This document shows positions 46,386-57,242 of a stretch of DNA of 63,913 nucleotides, one piece after another. Source of the stretch: Candidatus Altiarchaeota archaeon (GTDB taxonomy: Archaea; Altiarchaeota; Altiarchaeia; IMC4; SCGC-AAA252-I15). The position numbers and the translations under genes are program-made. The notes under the pieces are model-generated. The model was not told where the DNA came from, did no database searches, and saw only the letters and a list, made by a program, of their open reading frames with translations. The stretch is from contig JAZDMS010000038.1 in assembly GCA_043800705.1 (NCBI GenBank), forward strand, positions 1 through 63,913, read 5' to 3'. Within the stretch, counting starts at the first letter, position 1, and every line of letters starts with the position of its first letter.

Positions 46386-48428
46386 ATGAACACTACGGCA
46401 AAAACCAACGCAGGAAAATCCAATTCTAGTGCTCCTGAATTAGAGGACTTGGAACTTATGAAAGTGTCCCGATTAGATCGGCGAAAGAGCGAATTCCGAC
46501 ATAGGCTGGGTGAAGGCCCCCTCTTCAAGATGCGAGGCATAGTCTCGGTCAGGCCCGGCGAGACTATTGACGCTGCGGCCAATATTATGGCGGAAAAGGG
46601 GCTGGACGTCTTGCCTGTCTTCGACCAAGATGGCGCGAATATTGGGGCCATCACGGCAGAATCAATCGAAAACGCACAGCGAACGGGGTCGTTGGACCTA
46701 AAGCACATAACCTGCGGCAAAGTCATCGAAGCGCCCTTGAAGACGGCAGGTAGGGAATACGTTGAGGAGGAGATGTCGCCGAATGAATGCGTCATCCAAG
46801 TCGATACGAGGGGACGGTTCCAGAAAATCGTCTTCGGACGTAATTACTCCGGCGTCACGGCAGGTAGTTACGAGTCTAATGAATCAGTCGACAAAGACAC
46901 TCCAGTCACCGAAGCCATCCGGATCATGGAACAGGAAGAGATTCCGGCGCTTCCGATAATCGAAAACGCCAAAATAATAGGTTCAATCTCGCTCTCCAAG
47001 GCGAAAGCCGTGACGGAGTATGCAAGCGAGCCATACGACAAGGAAAAGACACGATGCTGGACGATGATGGAAGCCCCCCTGAGAACGGTCAGGGAAACCG
47101 ACACATATGACCGGATAGCCACACAAGTGGGCATACACGGGACCGTCCTGGTTGAAGACGCCGAAGGCATTACCGGGATGGTGGTCGGCAGAGTGGACCG
47201 CACAAAGGCGGAACGACGGATGTCTGGGCGGATGACCTACCTGCCCAAGAATAGGTACCGAAAAGGCGGTGGAATAAAAAAGACCAAAGTGGCTGAAGGC
47301 AGGCCAGGGATCGCAGGAATAGCCGTAGGCATGCAAAGAAACACAGAAGTCCATCCTCTTGATGCCGGTGACATAATCACCTTAGAGAGATGGAAACGAC
47401 AGCTTGACAGTCTTAGGCTTGAAACAATACAAGAAGACGGTAGGACCAGCTTAGAGCCACTTACAAACAGAAACAAGATTTTACTCACATTAATAATGAG
47501 CGAACAAGGAAAAGAGGAGCTATTAAACTATTCCTTTGATGAAGGCCTGCACAAAGATATTTTTGAAACTACATCGAAATATCTCCGAGAAATAAACCCA
47601 GAGTTAGCAAACGCCTTTAGCCAGAACCGAAGCATATACATCGGGTCAGGTAGCAGCCTCCAAGAACGGCTTAGAAATGCCAGTCTCGAATCATTCAGCG
47701 AACGGTTCGATGAGGAAGAGACCCCGCCCAGATACCGGCCTGTGAATGAAATAAAGCGGGGAGCCCCCTACAAGATGTCAGCGGCAGCCATAAAACCGAT
47801 CTTAAAGATGCTGGAAGTCGAATGGAGAGACAGGGATGGGCGGCCATTTTCTGAGAGATTGAACGAAAGGAATCAGCTACTTGTCAAACTCATACTAACC
47901 GAGACCGGACGGGAGCGACTTCTGGAATCCGATGCCTACGACAAAGATGCAAGGGAGCGAATAATCGGCATAGCGAGAGGTTATATACGGAAGCACAATC
48001 CAGCCATGCTGAGGCGGTTCAACACGAACATCCAGATATATCTCGGAGACGGAGACACCCTCTCGGAAAGGGTGCAAAAGGCCACCTCCACCGACGACCT
48101 CCACAGGGAAGGCAAGGATGCAAAGAAAAAACTCGCCAGGGAAAAGGCAGAGCAGGTAGCAACGGATGCCTTCCAACTTGCATTCAAGCAACGCGAGAAG
48201 GATATGGAGACAGAAAGGGAAAATAGGGTCAAAGCCTTGGATATCATTCGCCAAAATCAGAAGAGCATAGGCCAAGGACATAAACCGACCATCAACCTTT
48301 CTAAGAGCTGGGGCCACCTCAGGCAAAAAGAACTGGATGACGCTGTTATAGATATACAGAGCCGGGTGCCGGGAATGGGCAGGATGCAGGTCATGCACCT
48401 ACTTGACGAATGGGGATACTCGTATTAA
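46386..48428 (+). CDS. CBS-domain protein with a duplicated unknown C-terminal domain
   Basis: CBS-like units (VRPGETIDAAANIM...LPV...IGAIT; TPVTEAIRIM...LPI...IGSIS); internal repeat of about 75 aa. Confidence 0.7.
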   Translation: MNTTAKTNAGKSNSSAPELEDLELMKVSRLDRRKSEFRHRLGEGPLFKMRGIVSVRPGETIDAAANIMAEKGLDVLPVFDQDGANIGAITAESIENAQRTGSLDLKHITCGKVIEAPLKTAGREYVEEEMSPNECVIQVDTRGRFQKIVFGRNYSGVTAGSYESNESVDKDTPVTEAIRIMEQEEIPALPIIENAKIIGSISLSKAKAVTEYASEPYDKEKTRCWTMMEAPLRTVRETDTYDRIATQVGIHGTVLVEDAEGITGMVVGRVDRTKAERRMSGRMTYLPKNRYRKGGGIKKTKVAEGRPGIAGIAVGMQRNTEVHPLDAGDIITLERWKRQLDSLRLETIQEDGRTSLEPLTNRNKILLTLIMSEQGKEELLNYSFDEGLHKDIFETTSKYLREINPELANAFSQNRSIYIGSGSSLQERLRNASLESFSERFDEEETPPRYRPVNEIKRGAPYKMSAAAIKPILKMLEVEWRDRDGRPFSERLNERNQLLVKLILTETGRERLLESDAYDKDARERIIGIARGYIRKHNPAMLRRFNTNIQIYLGDGDTLSERVQKATSTDDLHREGKDAKKKLAREKAEQVATDAFQLAFKQREKDMETERENRVKALDIIRQNQKSIGQGHKPTINLSKSWGHLRQKELDDAVIDIQSRVPGMGRMQVMHLLDEWGYSY

Positions 48429-48454
48429 TCGCATCTCGGCATTTAGCGGGGAAA

Positions 48455-48633
48455 GGTCCGAGTTCGGCCCGCAATGATGAACCACCCTGCAAGCACACCT
48501 ACCCGGGATGGGGCCCCAAGGCGATTTGCCCCAGATCGTCCCGGCAGAGGCCGGAACCGAAGTCGTCTACGGCCTCGACGGCCTGCAAAACAAACGCAGA
48601 GAAGGGATATACTCGGTCGGCCGAACCCAGGAC
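48455..48633 (-). ncRNA. Candidate structured non-coding RNA (about 180 nt)
   Basis: 12-bp closing helix CUGGGUUCGGCC/GGCCGAACUCGG, inner stems, cUUCGg tetraloop on the minus strand. Confidence 0.35.
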
Positions 48634-48672
48634 GGAGGAAACTTCATCCGAATAATCCTACCCTACGAAAAA

Positions 48673-49833
48673 TCATAGGCCGAATACGTTCTTCACGTCC
48701 ACTGTCCTTTCCTTCTTTAGGCCTTTCGCATCCAGTCTGTTCGCAAGAATGACGGCATCCATTTCATCCGGGTTGTGGAGATAACCTACCCTGAAGAGCT
48801 TCTCAACGTCTTCAGGTGTGAACATGGGGTCTAGGCCGTAGACCTTCAGGCCCCTCTTCTTCAATGCCTTGATGAGGGCGTGCGCCTCCGTGTGCATGGC
48901 CTCCTTCACTCCAGTCCTGTACGAGAGCCCGACTATCCCGACTTTTCCTTTTTTCCCTGCGATCTTCAACGCCTTGTCTGCGTAGTAGCCGGCCATCCTC
49001 CCGTTCAGTTTCCTTGCGAGCCTGATGAGCGGCACCTCGTAGTCGTTCATGAGAAACCAAGGGTAGACGGGTATGCAGTGGCCGCCGACCATTCCGGGTT
49101 CGTGTATGCTGCAGTACTGGTGGTTCGCAGCGTCCCTCATCTGCCAGAAGTCGACCCTCAAGGTCTCGCATACCCTGAAGAGTTCGTTGGCGAGGCTGAT
49201 GTTCACGTCCCTGTAGATGCCTTCCGCCACCTTCACGAGTTCCGCAGACCGTGCGTCGTTCACCTTCACGACCTTCGAGCAGAACCTCGAATAGAAGCCG
49301 TAGGCAGCCTCTGTGCTTGGCTCGTCTATCCCTCCGACGACCTTCGGGAACTCCCTATACCGCGAAATGCTGACGCCGGTCATTATCCTCTCGGGACTGT
49401 ATGCGAGCATGTACTTCTTCCCTGACCTGTCCAAGACCCTCTTCAACAGCGTCTCGGTCGTCTTAGGAGGCACCGTAGTCTCCAACACCACCAAGTCGCC
49501 GTCCTTCAGGACGGAGGCCACAGTCTTGAATGCGGACCTCAAAATACTGAAGTCGGGCCGGTGCTTTCCATCAAGGAAGAGCGGCACGATGACGACGAAC
49601 ACCGTCGCATCCTTCGCGTCTATTATGTCAGACGTCGCCTTCAGGCCTTTTCCGCCTCGTCTCCTTAGTATGTCCTCCAGGCCCGCCTCTTCCGGGATCG
49701 GGTTCACGCCTGAATTCACAGCCTCGACTTTCCCAGGGTCGATGTCGTAGCCTATCACATCTATCCCGGCATCCGCGATGACCGCAGCCAAAGGCAAACC
49801 AGCCCTCCCCAGTCCGATGACTGCGGCTATCAT
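48673..49833 (-). CDS. UDP-N-acetylhexosamine 6-dehydrogenase (WbpA/WecC-like)
   Basis: GLGRAGLP, ETTVPP, YSPERI, GGHCIPVYP. Confidence 0.9.
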   Translation of the reverse strand: MIAAVIGLGRAGLPLAAVIADAGIDVIGYDIDPGKVEAVNSGVNPIPEEAGLEDILRRRGGKGLKATSDIIDAKDATVFVVIVPLFLDGKHRPDFSILRSAFKTVASVLKDGDLVVLETTVPPKTTETLLKRVLDRSGKKYMLAYSPERIMTGVSISRYREFPKVVGGIDEPSTEAAYGFYSRFCSKVVKVNDARSAELVKVAEGIYRDVNISLANELFRVCETLRVDFWQMRDAANHQYCSIHEPGMVGGHCIPVYPWFLMNDYEVPLIRLARKLNGRMAGYYADKALKIAGKKGKVGIVGLSYRTGVKEAMHTEAHALIKALKKRGLKVYGLDPMFTPEDVEKLFRVGYLHNPDEMDAVILANRLDAKGLKKERTVDVKNVFGL

Positions 49834-50831
49834 AGCGGCACCACCTGCCCATTCGAAGCGGCCTCTATCATCGCCTGAGCGATCTGGAGGTTCTTGAGAC
49901 CGTCCAGTCCGGTGACAGGCGGCTTCGTGTCGTCTCTCACCGAACCAATGAACGCGTCAAGCTCCTGCCTGAGCGGCTCCTTCTTCTGCACCCTGATCTG
50001 GGTGATGTCGCCCTCGGACACACCCATGAGGATGTCCTGGTAGCCGTAGTCTTTTTTGTTGGCATGCCTGTTCTCGTAGAATGTGAGCTCCTGGCTGATG
50101 TACTTCACATAGAACATCCCCCTCTCGCCGGTCACCGTCAACTCCCTGATCTTCTCGGGAGTCAGCCAGTTCACGTCCAGGACTCCGACGACTCCGTTCT
50201 TGAATTTCAACAATCCGCTGAGCATGTCCTCGCAGCTGGTGTGTATCCTCTTCTCGGTCTCCGCGAACACCCTCTTCACCTCGGAGTCCGTGATGTACCT
50301 CATGCAGTCTATGTCGTGGACCGCAAGGTCTATGACGACGCCGACGTCCCTGATCCTCGCCGGGAAAGGGCCGACACGGACCGCATTGATGCTGAAGATC
50401 CTCCCGAGCTCCTTCGCATCCACTCTCCTCTTCATCTCCTGAACGGCGGGATTGAAACGCTCGATGTGCCCGACCATCAGCTTCACACCTGCCTTCTCGG
50501 CTGCCTTGATGATGGCTTTGGCGTCTTCGACCGTGCCTGCTATGGGCTTCTCGACAAGGAGCGACGCCCCGGACTGCGCGCACCTTACCGCGACCTCGCG
50601 GTGGTGCCGCGTCGGGACGACCACGGAGACAATGTCGGGCTTCATCGCCGAAAGGAGCTTCCCGTAGCTGCCGAAGGCCTGACACCTGTACCTGGCCCCC
50701 GCATCCTTCGCCGCCTTCGTATCCAGGTCGCATACGCCGACGAGGTCGACGCCCGGCATCTCCGAATAAACCCTGCAGTGGTTGGCGCCCATAGCGCCGA
50801 CGCCTACGACACAGGCCTTTAACGTCTCCAT
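49830..50831 (-). CDS. Gfo/Idh/MocA oxidoreductase (WbpB-like sugar 3-dehydrogenase)
   Basis: GVGAMG, EKPIA, GHIERFNP, DLAVHDID. Confidence 0.9.
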   Translation of the reverse strand: METLKACVVGVGAMGANHCRVYSEMPGVDLVGVCDLDTKAAKDAGARYRCQAFGSYGKLLSAMKPDIVSVVVPTRHHREVAVRCAQSGASLLVEKPIAGTVEDAKAIIKAAEKAGVKLMVGHIERFNPAVQEMKRRVDAKELGRIFSINAVRVGPFPARIRDVGVVIDLAVHDIDCMRYITDSEVKRVFAETEKRIHTSCEDMLSGLLKFKNGVVGVLDVNWLTPEKIRELTVTGERGMFYVKYISQELTFYENRHANKKDYGYQDILMGVSEGDITQIRVQKKEPLRQELDAFIGSVRDDTKPPVTGLDGLKNLQIAQAMIEAASNGQVVPL

Positions 50832-50904
50832 TTTATGTCCAATATTGATCCTTTGGCAATAAGAAACATCTGAAAAAGCATAGATGATCCCCAAATATGG
50901 CCCC

Positions 50905-51972
50905 CTAGAGACCGTTCAGCGTGTCCGCGATATATTTCAGATCCTCTGCCGACACCTTCGGGTGCACCGGCAGCGAGAGAACCTCCAATGCCGCCTTCTC
51001 GGACGCATGATGTGTCTCGTCGTATCCGATGCTCTGGTAATAGGTCTGCTTATGTACCGGCACGGGGTAGTAGATGCCGGAGCCGATGTCTTTGGCTTTC
51101 AGCGCCTCCAGCAGCTTGTCCCTCTCGCCGTGCCTGAGAGTGTACTGGTGGAAGACGTGGACGCACCCCTTCTTCACGGAAGGCAGCGTTAATGCCTTGT
51201 TATTTATGTGACTGCTCAGGTATTCCGCATTCGCTATCCTTTTCTTGTTGTATCCCGGCAGCTTCTTCAGCTGCTCTATCCCGATCGCCGCCGCGATGTC
51301 GGTCATCCTCAGGTTGAACCCGAGCATGTCGTGGTAGTATCTCCTCAGCATCCCGTGCTGGCGGATGGCCCTCGACTTCTTGTCCACTTCCGGGTCGTCC
51401 GTCGTTATCATGCCGCCTTCCGAAGACGTCATGTTCTTCGTGGGGTAGAAGCTGAAGCACCCCGTCCCGAAGGAGCCGACTTTCTTATCTCCGAATTCCG
51501 CTCCGTGGGCCTGGCATGCGTCCTCGACGACGACCAGGCCGTGGTCGTGTGCGAGCTCCATTATCGCCTTCATATCGGCCGGATGCCCGAACAGGTGGAC
51601 TGGGATGATGGCCTTAGTTTTTGACGTAAACATCTCAGCCATCAGGTCCGGGTCGATGTTGAACGTCTCAGGTTCGATGTCGCAAAATACCGGCTTCGCC
51701 CCCGTGAAAAGGACGGAATTCGCCGTCGCAATGAACGTGAAAGGGCTCGTAATGACCTCGTCGCCTGGGCCTATCCCATGCGCCAACAGGGCCACATGCA
51801 GCGCAGCAGTCCCAGACGAGACCGCGACAGCGTGCTTGGTGCCCACGTATGCCGCAAAGTCCTGCTCGAACTGCTTCACCCTGGGACCCTCCGCTATCAT
51901 ACCCGAAGACATGACCTCCTGGACGGCCTTCTTCTCCTCATCCCCTATGTCAGGCGACGCTATGGATATCAT
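50905..51972 (-). CDS. DegT/DnrJ aminotransferase (WbpE-like)
   Basis: [24 protein letters not shown]. Confidence 0.93.
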   Translation of the reverse strand: MISIASPDIGDEEKKAVQEVMSSGMIAEGPRVKQFEQDFAAYVGTKHAVAVSSGTAALHVALLAHGIGPGDEVITSPFTFIATANSVLFTGAKPVFCDIEPETFNIDPDLMAEMFTSKTKAIIPVHLFGHPADMKAIMELAHDHGLVVVEDACQAHGAEFGDKKVGSFGTGCFSFYPTKNMTSSEGGMITTDDPEVDKKSRAIRQHGMLRRYYHDMLGFNLRMTDIAAAIGIEQLKKLPGYNKKRIANAEYLSSHINNKALTLPSVKKGCVHVFHQYTLRHGERDKLLEALKAKDIGSGIYYPVPVHKQTYYQSIGYDETHHASEKAALEVLSLPVHPKVSAEDLKYIADTLNGL

Positions 51973-52508
51973 AGTTCATACTCCTTCCCGCAAGCCGGGC
52001 ATCCGTGGACCCTTTCCTTCTTCGCCATCTTGTTCCCGCATACGCAGACGTATCCCACCACCTTCGCAGGATTCCCGTACGCCAAAGCATGCGGCGGTAT
52101 GTCCCTTGTGACGACGGAGCCAGCGCCCACCATCGCGTTTTCGCCGATTGTATTACCGCAGACGATGGTCGAATTCGCCCCGATGGATGCTCCCTTTTTT
52201 ATAAGCGTCTTCACGACCCTGCCTTCGTCCCATATCTTCGCCCTCGGATAAAGGTCGTTCGTGAAACAGACTCCCGGCCCGACGAAGACGTCGTCCTCGA
52301 TCGTCACTCCATGATACACTGAGACGTTATTCTGCAATTTTACCCCGGACCCGATATTCACTCCGAAGTCGACGTAGACGTTCTTTCCGAGGATGCTGTC
52401 CCTTCCAATGACGACATCCTCCCTCACCTGGCAATGATGCCAGATCCGGGTGCCCTCCCCGATCCTCGCCTTCGGAGAGACCTCGGCAGTAGGATGAAAC
52501 CGGCCCAT
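51969..52508 (-). CDS. Hexapeptide N-acetyltransferase (WbpD-like)
   Basis: [29 protein letters not shown]. Confidence 0.92.
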   Translation of the reverse strand: MGRFHPTAEVSPKARIGEGTRIWHHCQVREDVVIGRDSILGKNVYVDFGVNIGSGVKLQNNVSVYHGVTIEDDVFVGPGVCFTNDLYPRAKIWDEGRVVKTLIKKGASIGANSTIVCGNTIGENAMVGAGSVVTRDIPPHALAYGNPAKVVGYVCVCGNKMAKKERVHGCPACGKEYEL

Positions 52509-52743
52509 GTCCTCATATATGCAAAAGTGACTTAAAAACCAGACTGATACAGGCGGGCTATGTTTTCCTGACGGCGCAAAAGATTTTCACGGAACGGCAT
52601 AAGCGTCTCAGCACGAACCAGAATAGGGGGCATTCCTGAACAGTCGGGACTTTTTAATAACTAATTGCACAAAGGCAATACCACTGCCCGGCAATTAATC
52701 ATACTATACTATTTATAAATACGGGATTTAATCATATTACAGT

Positions 52744-54066
52744 ATGGATAAGGATTATATTGTCCGGCTGCTTTACGAATATAACCCGCAAATTCACGGC
52801 GGCGGATTCGAGGTGCCCGGTTTCAGGCGCGCACTCTACTTTGACGCCGAGAAATGGATTGGGAAAAAACAGGCCATAGCAATCGTCGGCCTAAGGAGGA
52901 CGGGAAAAACCACGATACTGCGGCAGCTAATGGGCAATGCCCCCGCGGAGTCCGCCTTTTTCTCCTTCGATGAGGAGGAGACTCAGAACAAGGAGGTCCT
53001 CGTGTTCGTCCTCGACTACATCCTCAACAACCTCAAGTCTAAGTACGTCTTCCTTGACGAGATACATTATGTCGAGGACTGGGAGGGGGTTTTGAAGAGG
53101 TACTATGACCAAAATAGTGTAAAATTCATAATATCCGGGTCTGAGTCCCTAGAGCTGTCGAAGGCGAACGCGGCTTTGGCGGGCCGGCTGGTCACATTCA
53201 GGCTGGACCCGCTGAGCTTCAGGGAATATCTCGGGCTGAAAGGGCGGCAGATCAATACAGGATCCCGGATAGACGACTGGCCGTCAATCGAGAAAACATA
53301 CAATGAACTCCTGACGGGGAAGGAATTCTTCGAACGGGAATTCCTGGATTACCTCTACAAGGGAGGCTTTCCGGAACTTGTGAACGAGGACGACGCATCC
53401 GTGATCCGCAAATATACGGCCGAGCTCGTCGTGAGGAAGATAATCTTCCGCGACATCCCCTCCATATTCGAGGTCAGGCGCCCTGACCTGCTATATGAGA
53501 TATTCAGATACGCATGCGGAAGCTCATCCAGCTTGTTCGATGTGAAAAACCTCTCCTCGACCTTTTCCGCGAACCAGCTGACAGTCGGAAACTACATGCA
53601 CTATCTGAAAAGCGCATTCCTGATCAGGGTGTCCGAGCCTTATTCCAGAAGCCCCGCCAAGAGGGCGAGCAGAAACAGAAAACTGCACGTCTCCCACCCC
53701 TCAATCGCATTTGCGGTCCTGGGGATGAGCAGGGACATGCTGATCGAAAAAGTCCTGGGCCAATACGTGGAATCGCTGTTCGCAGGGGAATATTTTTGGA
53801 GGGACAGGAGAAAAAACGAGGTCGACCTCATACTGGACGGAAAACCGCCGATGCCGGTGGAGATCAAATACAAGAACACCGTGCGCGACGGCGATCTGAC
53901 GGGCATACAGCGGTTCATGGAAGAGAAAAAGGCAAAAAAAGGGATAGTTGTCACGAAAAGCCTGTTCGAGCGGAGAAAGACTCAGGCCGGAGAGCTTCTA
54001 CTCATTCCCGCATGGCTGTATTCCTTACTGGAAAAACTCAGTCATGAATCCTCCCCAAACATGTAA
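52744..54066 (+). CDS. AAA+ ATPase with DUF4143-like C-terminal domain
   Basis: GLRRTGKTT, FLDEIH, ISGS, GGFPE, EVDL..PVEIK. Confidence 0.88.
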   Translation: MDKDYIVRLLYEYNPQIHGGGFEVPGFRRALYFDAEKWIGKKQAIAIVGLRRTGKTTILRQLMGNAPAESAFFSFDEEETQNKEVLVFVLDYILNNLKSKYVFLDEIHYVEDWEGVLKRYYDQNSVKFIISGSESLELSKANAALAGRLVTFRLDPLSFREYLGLKGRQINTGSRIDDWPSIEKTYNELLTGKEFFEREFLDYLYKGGFPELVNEDDASVIRKYTAELVVRKIIFRDIPSIFEVRRPDLLYEIFRYACGSSSSLFDVKNLSSTFSANQLTVGNYMHYLKSAFLIRVSEPYSRSPAKRASRNRKLHVSHPSIAFAVLGMSRDMLIEKVLGQYVESLFAGEYFWRDRRKNEVDLILDGKPPMPVEIKYKNTVRDGDLTGIQRFMEEKKAKKGIVVTKSLFERRKTQAGELLLIPAWLYSLLEKLSHESSPNM

Positions 54067-54126
54067 TAATCAACCCCCGACATTTACCAGACCCTCTTAA
54101 CTCTCAAACCATCCACCCCACTAAAC

Positions 54127-55194
54127 CTAAGGCAGCCCATACCGGCACCTGCGCCTTTCCCGGTCGTCGAAGACGCCGTCGCAGACCGTGAAGTTCCCAG
54201 TGCCCAAGGCCATCTCCTTCAGGCAGTAATCGTGCTTGTCCCTGGGGCCGATCCCCCCGCACATCTCAGGATTCTGGGCCTTCAAGGCGATTTTTACATA
54301 GCAGTCCCAGTCCTCCTTCGGCCTGCCGCTCGTGTCAGTGTCCTTGCACCAGAACGGGTCGCCTGTCTGCTTCCTCTTCTGGATGTAGCAGGAACCCCTC
54401 CTCTCCCGCGATACGTTCAGGCAGCAGTCGATGCCGTCTGTGGAAGACATGCAACGCTCGTATTTCGCGTCCTGGACGCACCGTAGCATCTTGTCCGATT
54501 CGCCATAAGCTCTGCTGCAGAGCCTGTAGTCGTCGTACTTAGCAGCCGCCTTCACCAGGCAGTCCCCGTATTCCGGGTACTTCATGCATGCCTGCTCGTT
54601 GCCGTTCAACCTGATCAGCGCAAAGTAGCAACCCTGCTGCATAGAGCCCTGCTGATACGATTCGCATACTGTGGCATTGTCCGATCCGACGATGAACTTC
54701 TCCTCGCAAAGCTGGCTCATCGGAGACGTTATGCAATCATCCTTGGAGAAGAGAAGGCCTATCACCTCCATCACGCACGTCTCCCCCTTGGAGAAGGCCT
54801 CAATCGCCCTCTCCTGGGCCACTTTCCCAAGGACATCCCTCCCCAAAGCGATGAACAACGATTCCGTGAGGAAGTTGCCGTTGTATTCGAGTCCCCCTAC
54901 CGGGCACAATGAGGCGTTCTTCCTTGTCACTGCGAGGCATTCCGCCCTGTCGTCCCCCTTAAAACCGCCGCAGGTCTCCAGCGTAGTCGTTGTCGGCGCA
55001 TGAGTCGTAGACGTGGTAGCGGGCGAAGACACTGTCGTCGTCGGTGGAGCCATCGTCGTAGTCGTCTTTATGCCGCAGGCTTCCGGCGCAGACACGACCC
55101 TGCCGTCGGGGCATACGTACTCCCTGACGACCACCCTCTCAGGCTCAAGGCATCCGGCCAACAACACCAGCGCCAACAGCGTCAGCAATCGCAT
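54127..55194 (-). CDS. Cys-repeat lipoprotein with Thr-rich linker
   Basis: LLAGC lipobox, YVCPDG, repeated CY..A....N...C units. Confidence 0.75.
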   Translation of the reverse strand: MRLLTLLALVLLAGCLEPERVVVREYVCPDGRVVSAPEACGIKTTTTMAPPTTTVSSPATTSTTHAPTTTTLETCGGFKGDDRAECLAVTRKNASLCPVGGLEYNGNFLTESLFIALGRDVLGKVAQERAIEAFSKGETCVMEVIGLLFSKDDCITSPMSQLCEEKFIVGSDNATVCESYQQGSMQQGCYFALIRLNGNEQACMKYPEYGDCLVKAAAKYDDYRLCSRAYGESDKMLRCVQDAKYERCMSSTDGIDCCLNVSRERRGSCYIQKRKQTGDPFWCKDTDTSGRPKEDWDCYVKIALKAQNPEMCGGIGPRDKHDYCLKEMALGTGNFTVCDGVFDDRERRRCRYGLP

Positions 55195-55229
55195 CCTAAA
55201 CAAATCAGCCTTTGGTATAATAAGCTCGT

Positions 55230-56438
55230 TCAGGTGATTATCCCGCCCGCGACGATATCATTCCCCCTGACGAGGACGAACCTCCCCAGCTCCGGGGTCT
55301 CATTGAAGGACTCGAAGACGACTGGGCCTTCGGCCTTGATCTCCACTTCCGCGACCTCGTTGTTCTGGAGGGGGCCTGGCTCCAATTCCTCCAATGTGCT
55401 GGAGTTGACCCTCTTCTTCACATCCAATGTGCATTCCCTCTCTTGCGTCGCCACCCTCACAGCCAGCCTCTCGCCCTTCTGCATCGGTGCTTTGCTCATC
55501 CAGAACACCTTCGCATCGAACCTGTCAGCGACCTTCGGCAGCTTGCCTGCACAAAGGACGTTCCCCCTCTCGATGAACAGCTTGTCCTCCGTCGTGACCC
55601 CGATGCTCTCCCCGGCTTCGGCCTCTTTCTTCTTCTTTTCCCAGACATCTATCGACTTTATCTTGGTCTTCCTCGGCTCCGGCAGGACGGTGACCTCTTC
55701 ACCCTCCCTGATCCTTCCGGACTCGACCCTTCCTGCGAATATCCTCTTCCCTTCCATGACATAGACGTCCTGGACAGGGTACCTTAGAGCCTTCTCTACG
55801 GATTTCTTCGCGCACTCCAAGGCGTCCAACGCCTCCTGGAACGTCGGCCCCCGATACCACCCCATGTTCTCCGACTTCTTGAGGATGTTGTCCCCCGCTT
55901 TGGCGGAGATGGGGATGTACTCCTTCGCCTTCACGCCTATCTCTGCAAGGAACGCCTCCAACTCCTTAACGACCTCATTGAACCTTTTCTCGTCATATCC
56001 TATCAGATCGACCTTGTTGACCGCCACGATGACCTGGCCGATCCCCAGCATCCCAAGTATGTACGCATGCCTCCTCGTCTGCTCCTTCACACCATCCTGC
56101 GCGTCGACTATGAGGACTGCGGCCTCCGCCTGGGAAGCCCCCGTCATCATGTTCTTCACGAACTCCACATGCCCCGGGGCGTCGATTATGACGTAGTTCC
56201 TTCTCTTCGTCTTAAAGAAGATCTGCGCGGTGTCGATGGTGATGCCCTGCTCCCTCTCCTCCCTGAGGCTGTCGAGGATATAGGCATACTCGATCTCCCT
56301 CCCCAACTGCTCGCATGCCTGCTTGACCTCCTCCAGCTTCCCCTCCGGGAGAGAGCCAGTCTCATATAATAACCGGCCAATCAGCGTCGACTTCCCGTGG
56401 TCTACGTGCCCCACCATCACGAACTTCAGATCATCCAT
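55230..56438 (-). CDS. cysN: Sulfate adenylyltransferase GTPase subunit
   Basis: GHVDHGKST, EREQGITID, DAPGH, NKVD; follows cysD; no fused CysC domain. Confidence 0.9.
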   Translation of the reverse strand: MDDLKFVMVGHVDHGKSTLIGRLLYETGSLPEGKLEEVKQACEQLGREIEYAYILDSLREEREQGITIDTAQIFFKTKRRNYVIIDAPGHVEFVKNMMTGASQAEAAVLIVDAQDGVKEQTRRHAYILGMLGIGQVIVAVNKVDLIGYDEKRFNEVVKELEAFLAEIGVKAKEYIPISAKAGDNILKKSENMGWYRGPTFQEALDALECAKKSVEKALRYPVQDVYVMEGKRIFAGRVESGRIREGEEVTVLPEPRKTKIKSIDVWEKKKKEAEAGESIGVTTEDKLFIERGNVLCAGKLPKVADRFDAKVFWMSKAPMQKGERLAVRVATQERECTLDVKKRVNSSTLEELEPGPLQNNEVAEVEIKAEGPVVFESFNETPELGRFVLVRGNDIVAGGIIT

Positions 56439-56440
56439 CT

Positions 56441-57241
56441 TTACATGTACCCCAGGCTCCTGAGCTTCTGCATCATATACGCGGACTCCTTGTCCTGAGC
56501 GCGGCCCGAGCGCTCCCCCACTTTTGTCGTCTTCAGTTCCTCGATTATCTTGTCGATGGTGTCCGCGTCCGAGTCCACCGGAGAGCAGCAGGTCGTGCAC
56601 CCGATGCTCCGATACCTCTTCCCGTCCTTCGCAAGGTAAAGGCCGGTTATCGGGATGTTCTCCCTCCTCACATACTCCCAGATGTCCAGCTCGGTCCAGT
56701 GCAGGAGCGGGTGGACGCGGACATGCTGTTCCTCGTCGCTCTTGCTCTTGTACTGGTCCCACAATTCCGGAGGCTGGTCCTTGTAGTTCCACTTGAACTC
56801 CTGATTCCTAGGGCTGAACACTCTTTCTTTCGCCCTCACATTATGCTCGTCGCGCCTGATCCCCAAAAGCAAGGCCTTCAGGTGCAGCTTGTTGATGTAG
56901 TCCTTCAACGCCTCCGTCTTCAAGGCAGTGCAACACTCCAGCCTCCCCTTCCCCGGACACATTCCTCCTGAGAGCGCCTTCTCATTCCTCGCTACGAGGA
57001 GCTTCAGTCCCCACTCCTTCGCCTTCTCATCGCGGAACTTGTACATTTCCGGGAACTTGAAAGACGTATCGATGTGTATCACCGGGAACGGGAGCTTCCC
57101 GTAGAAGGCCTTGCGGCAAAGATGCAACGCGGTTGTCGAATCCTTCCCGATACTCCAAAGTAGGCCGATGTCCCTGAACTGGTGATACGCCTCCCTGATG
57201 ATGTATATGCTCTTGCTCTCCAGCTCGTCCAGATGATCCAT
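56441..57241 (-). CDS. cysD: Sulfate adenylyltransferase subunit 2
   Basis: WSIGKDS, RRDE..RAKERVFS, RVHPL, YRSIGC, ERSGRAQD. Confidence 0.93.
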   Translation of the reverse strand: MDHLDELESKSIYIIREAYHQFRDIGLLWSIGKDSTTALHLCRKAFYGKLPFPVIHIDTSFKFPEMYKFRDEKAKEWGLKLLVARNEKALSGGMCPGKGRLECCTALKTEALKDYINKLHLKALLLGIRRDEHNVRAKERVFSPRNQEFKWNYKDQPPELWDQYKSKSDEEQHVRVHPLLHWTELDIWEYVRRENIPITGLYLAKDGKRYRSIGCTTCCSPVDSDADTIDKIIEELKTTKVGERSGRAQDKESAYMMQKLRSLGYM

Positions 57242-57242
57242 C

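Noticed and set aside
42176-48633. Assigning the two structured elements as SRP RNA or RNase P RNA
   Set aside because: No SRP helix-8 motif. GAGGAAACTTCATCC near 48636 resembles the RNase P P4 5' strand, but I found no matching 3' strand
55230-56438. Elongation factor EF-1alpha
   Set aside because: Shares the GTPase motifs, but is short and directly follows cysD, so CysN fits better
56439-56792. N-terminal extension of CysN (520-aa ORF)
   Set aside because: Shadow frame of cysD; the G-domain begins at MDDLKF
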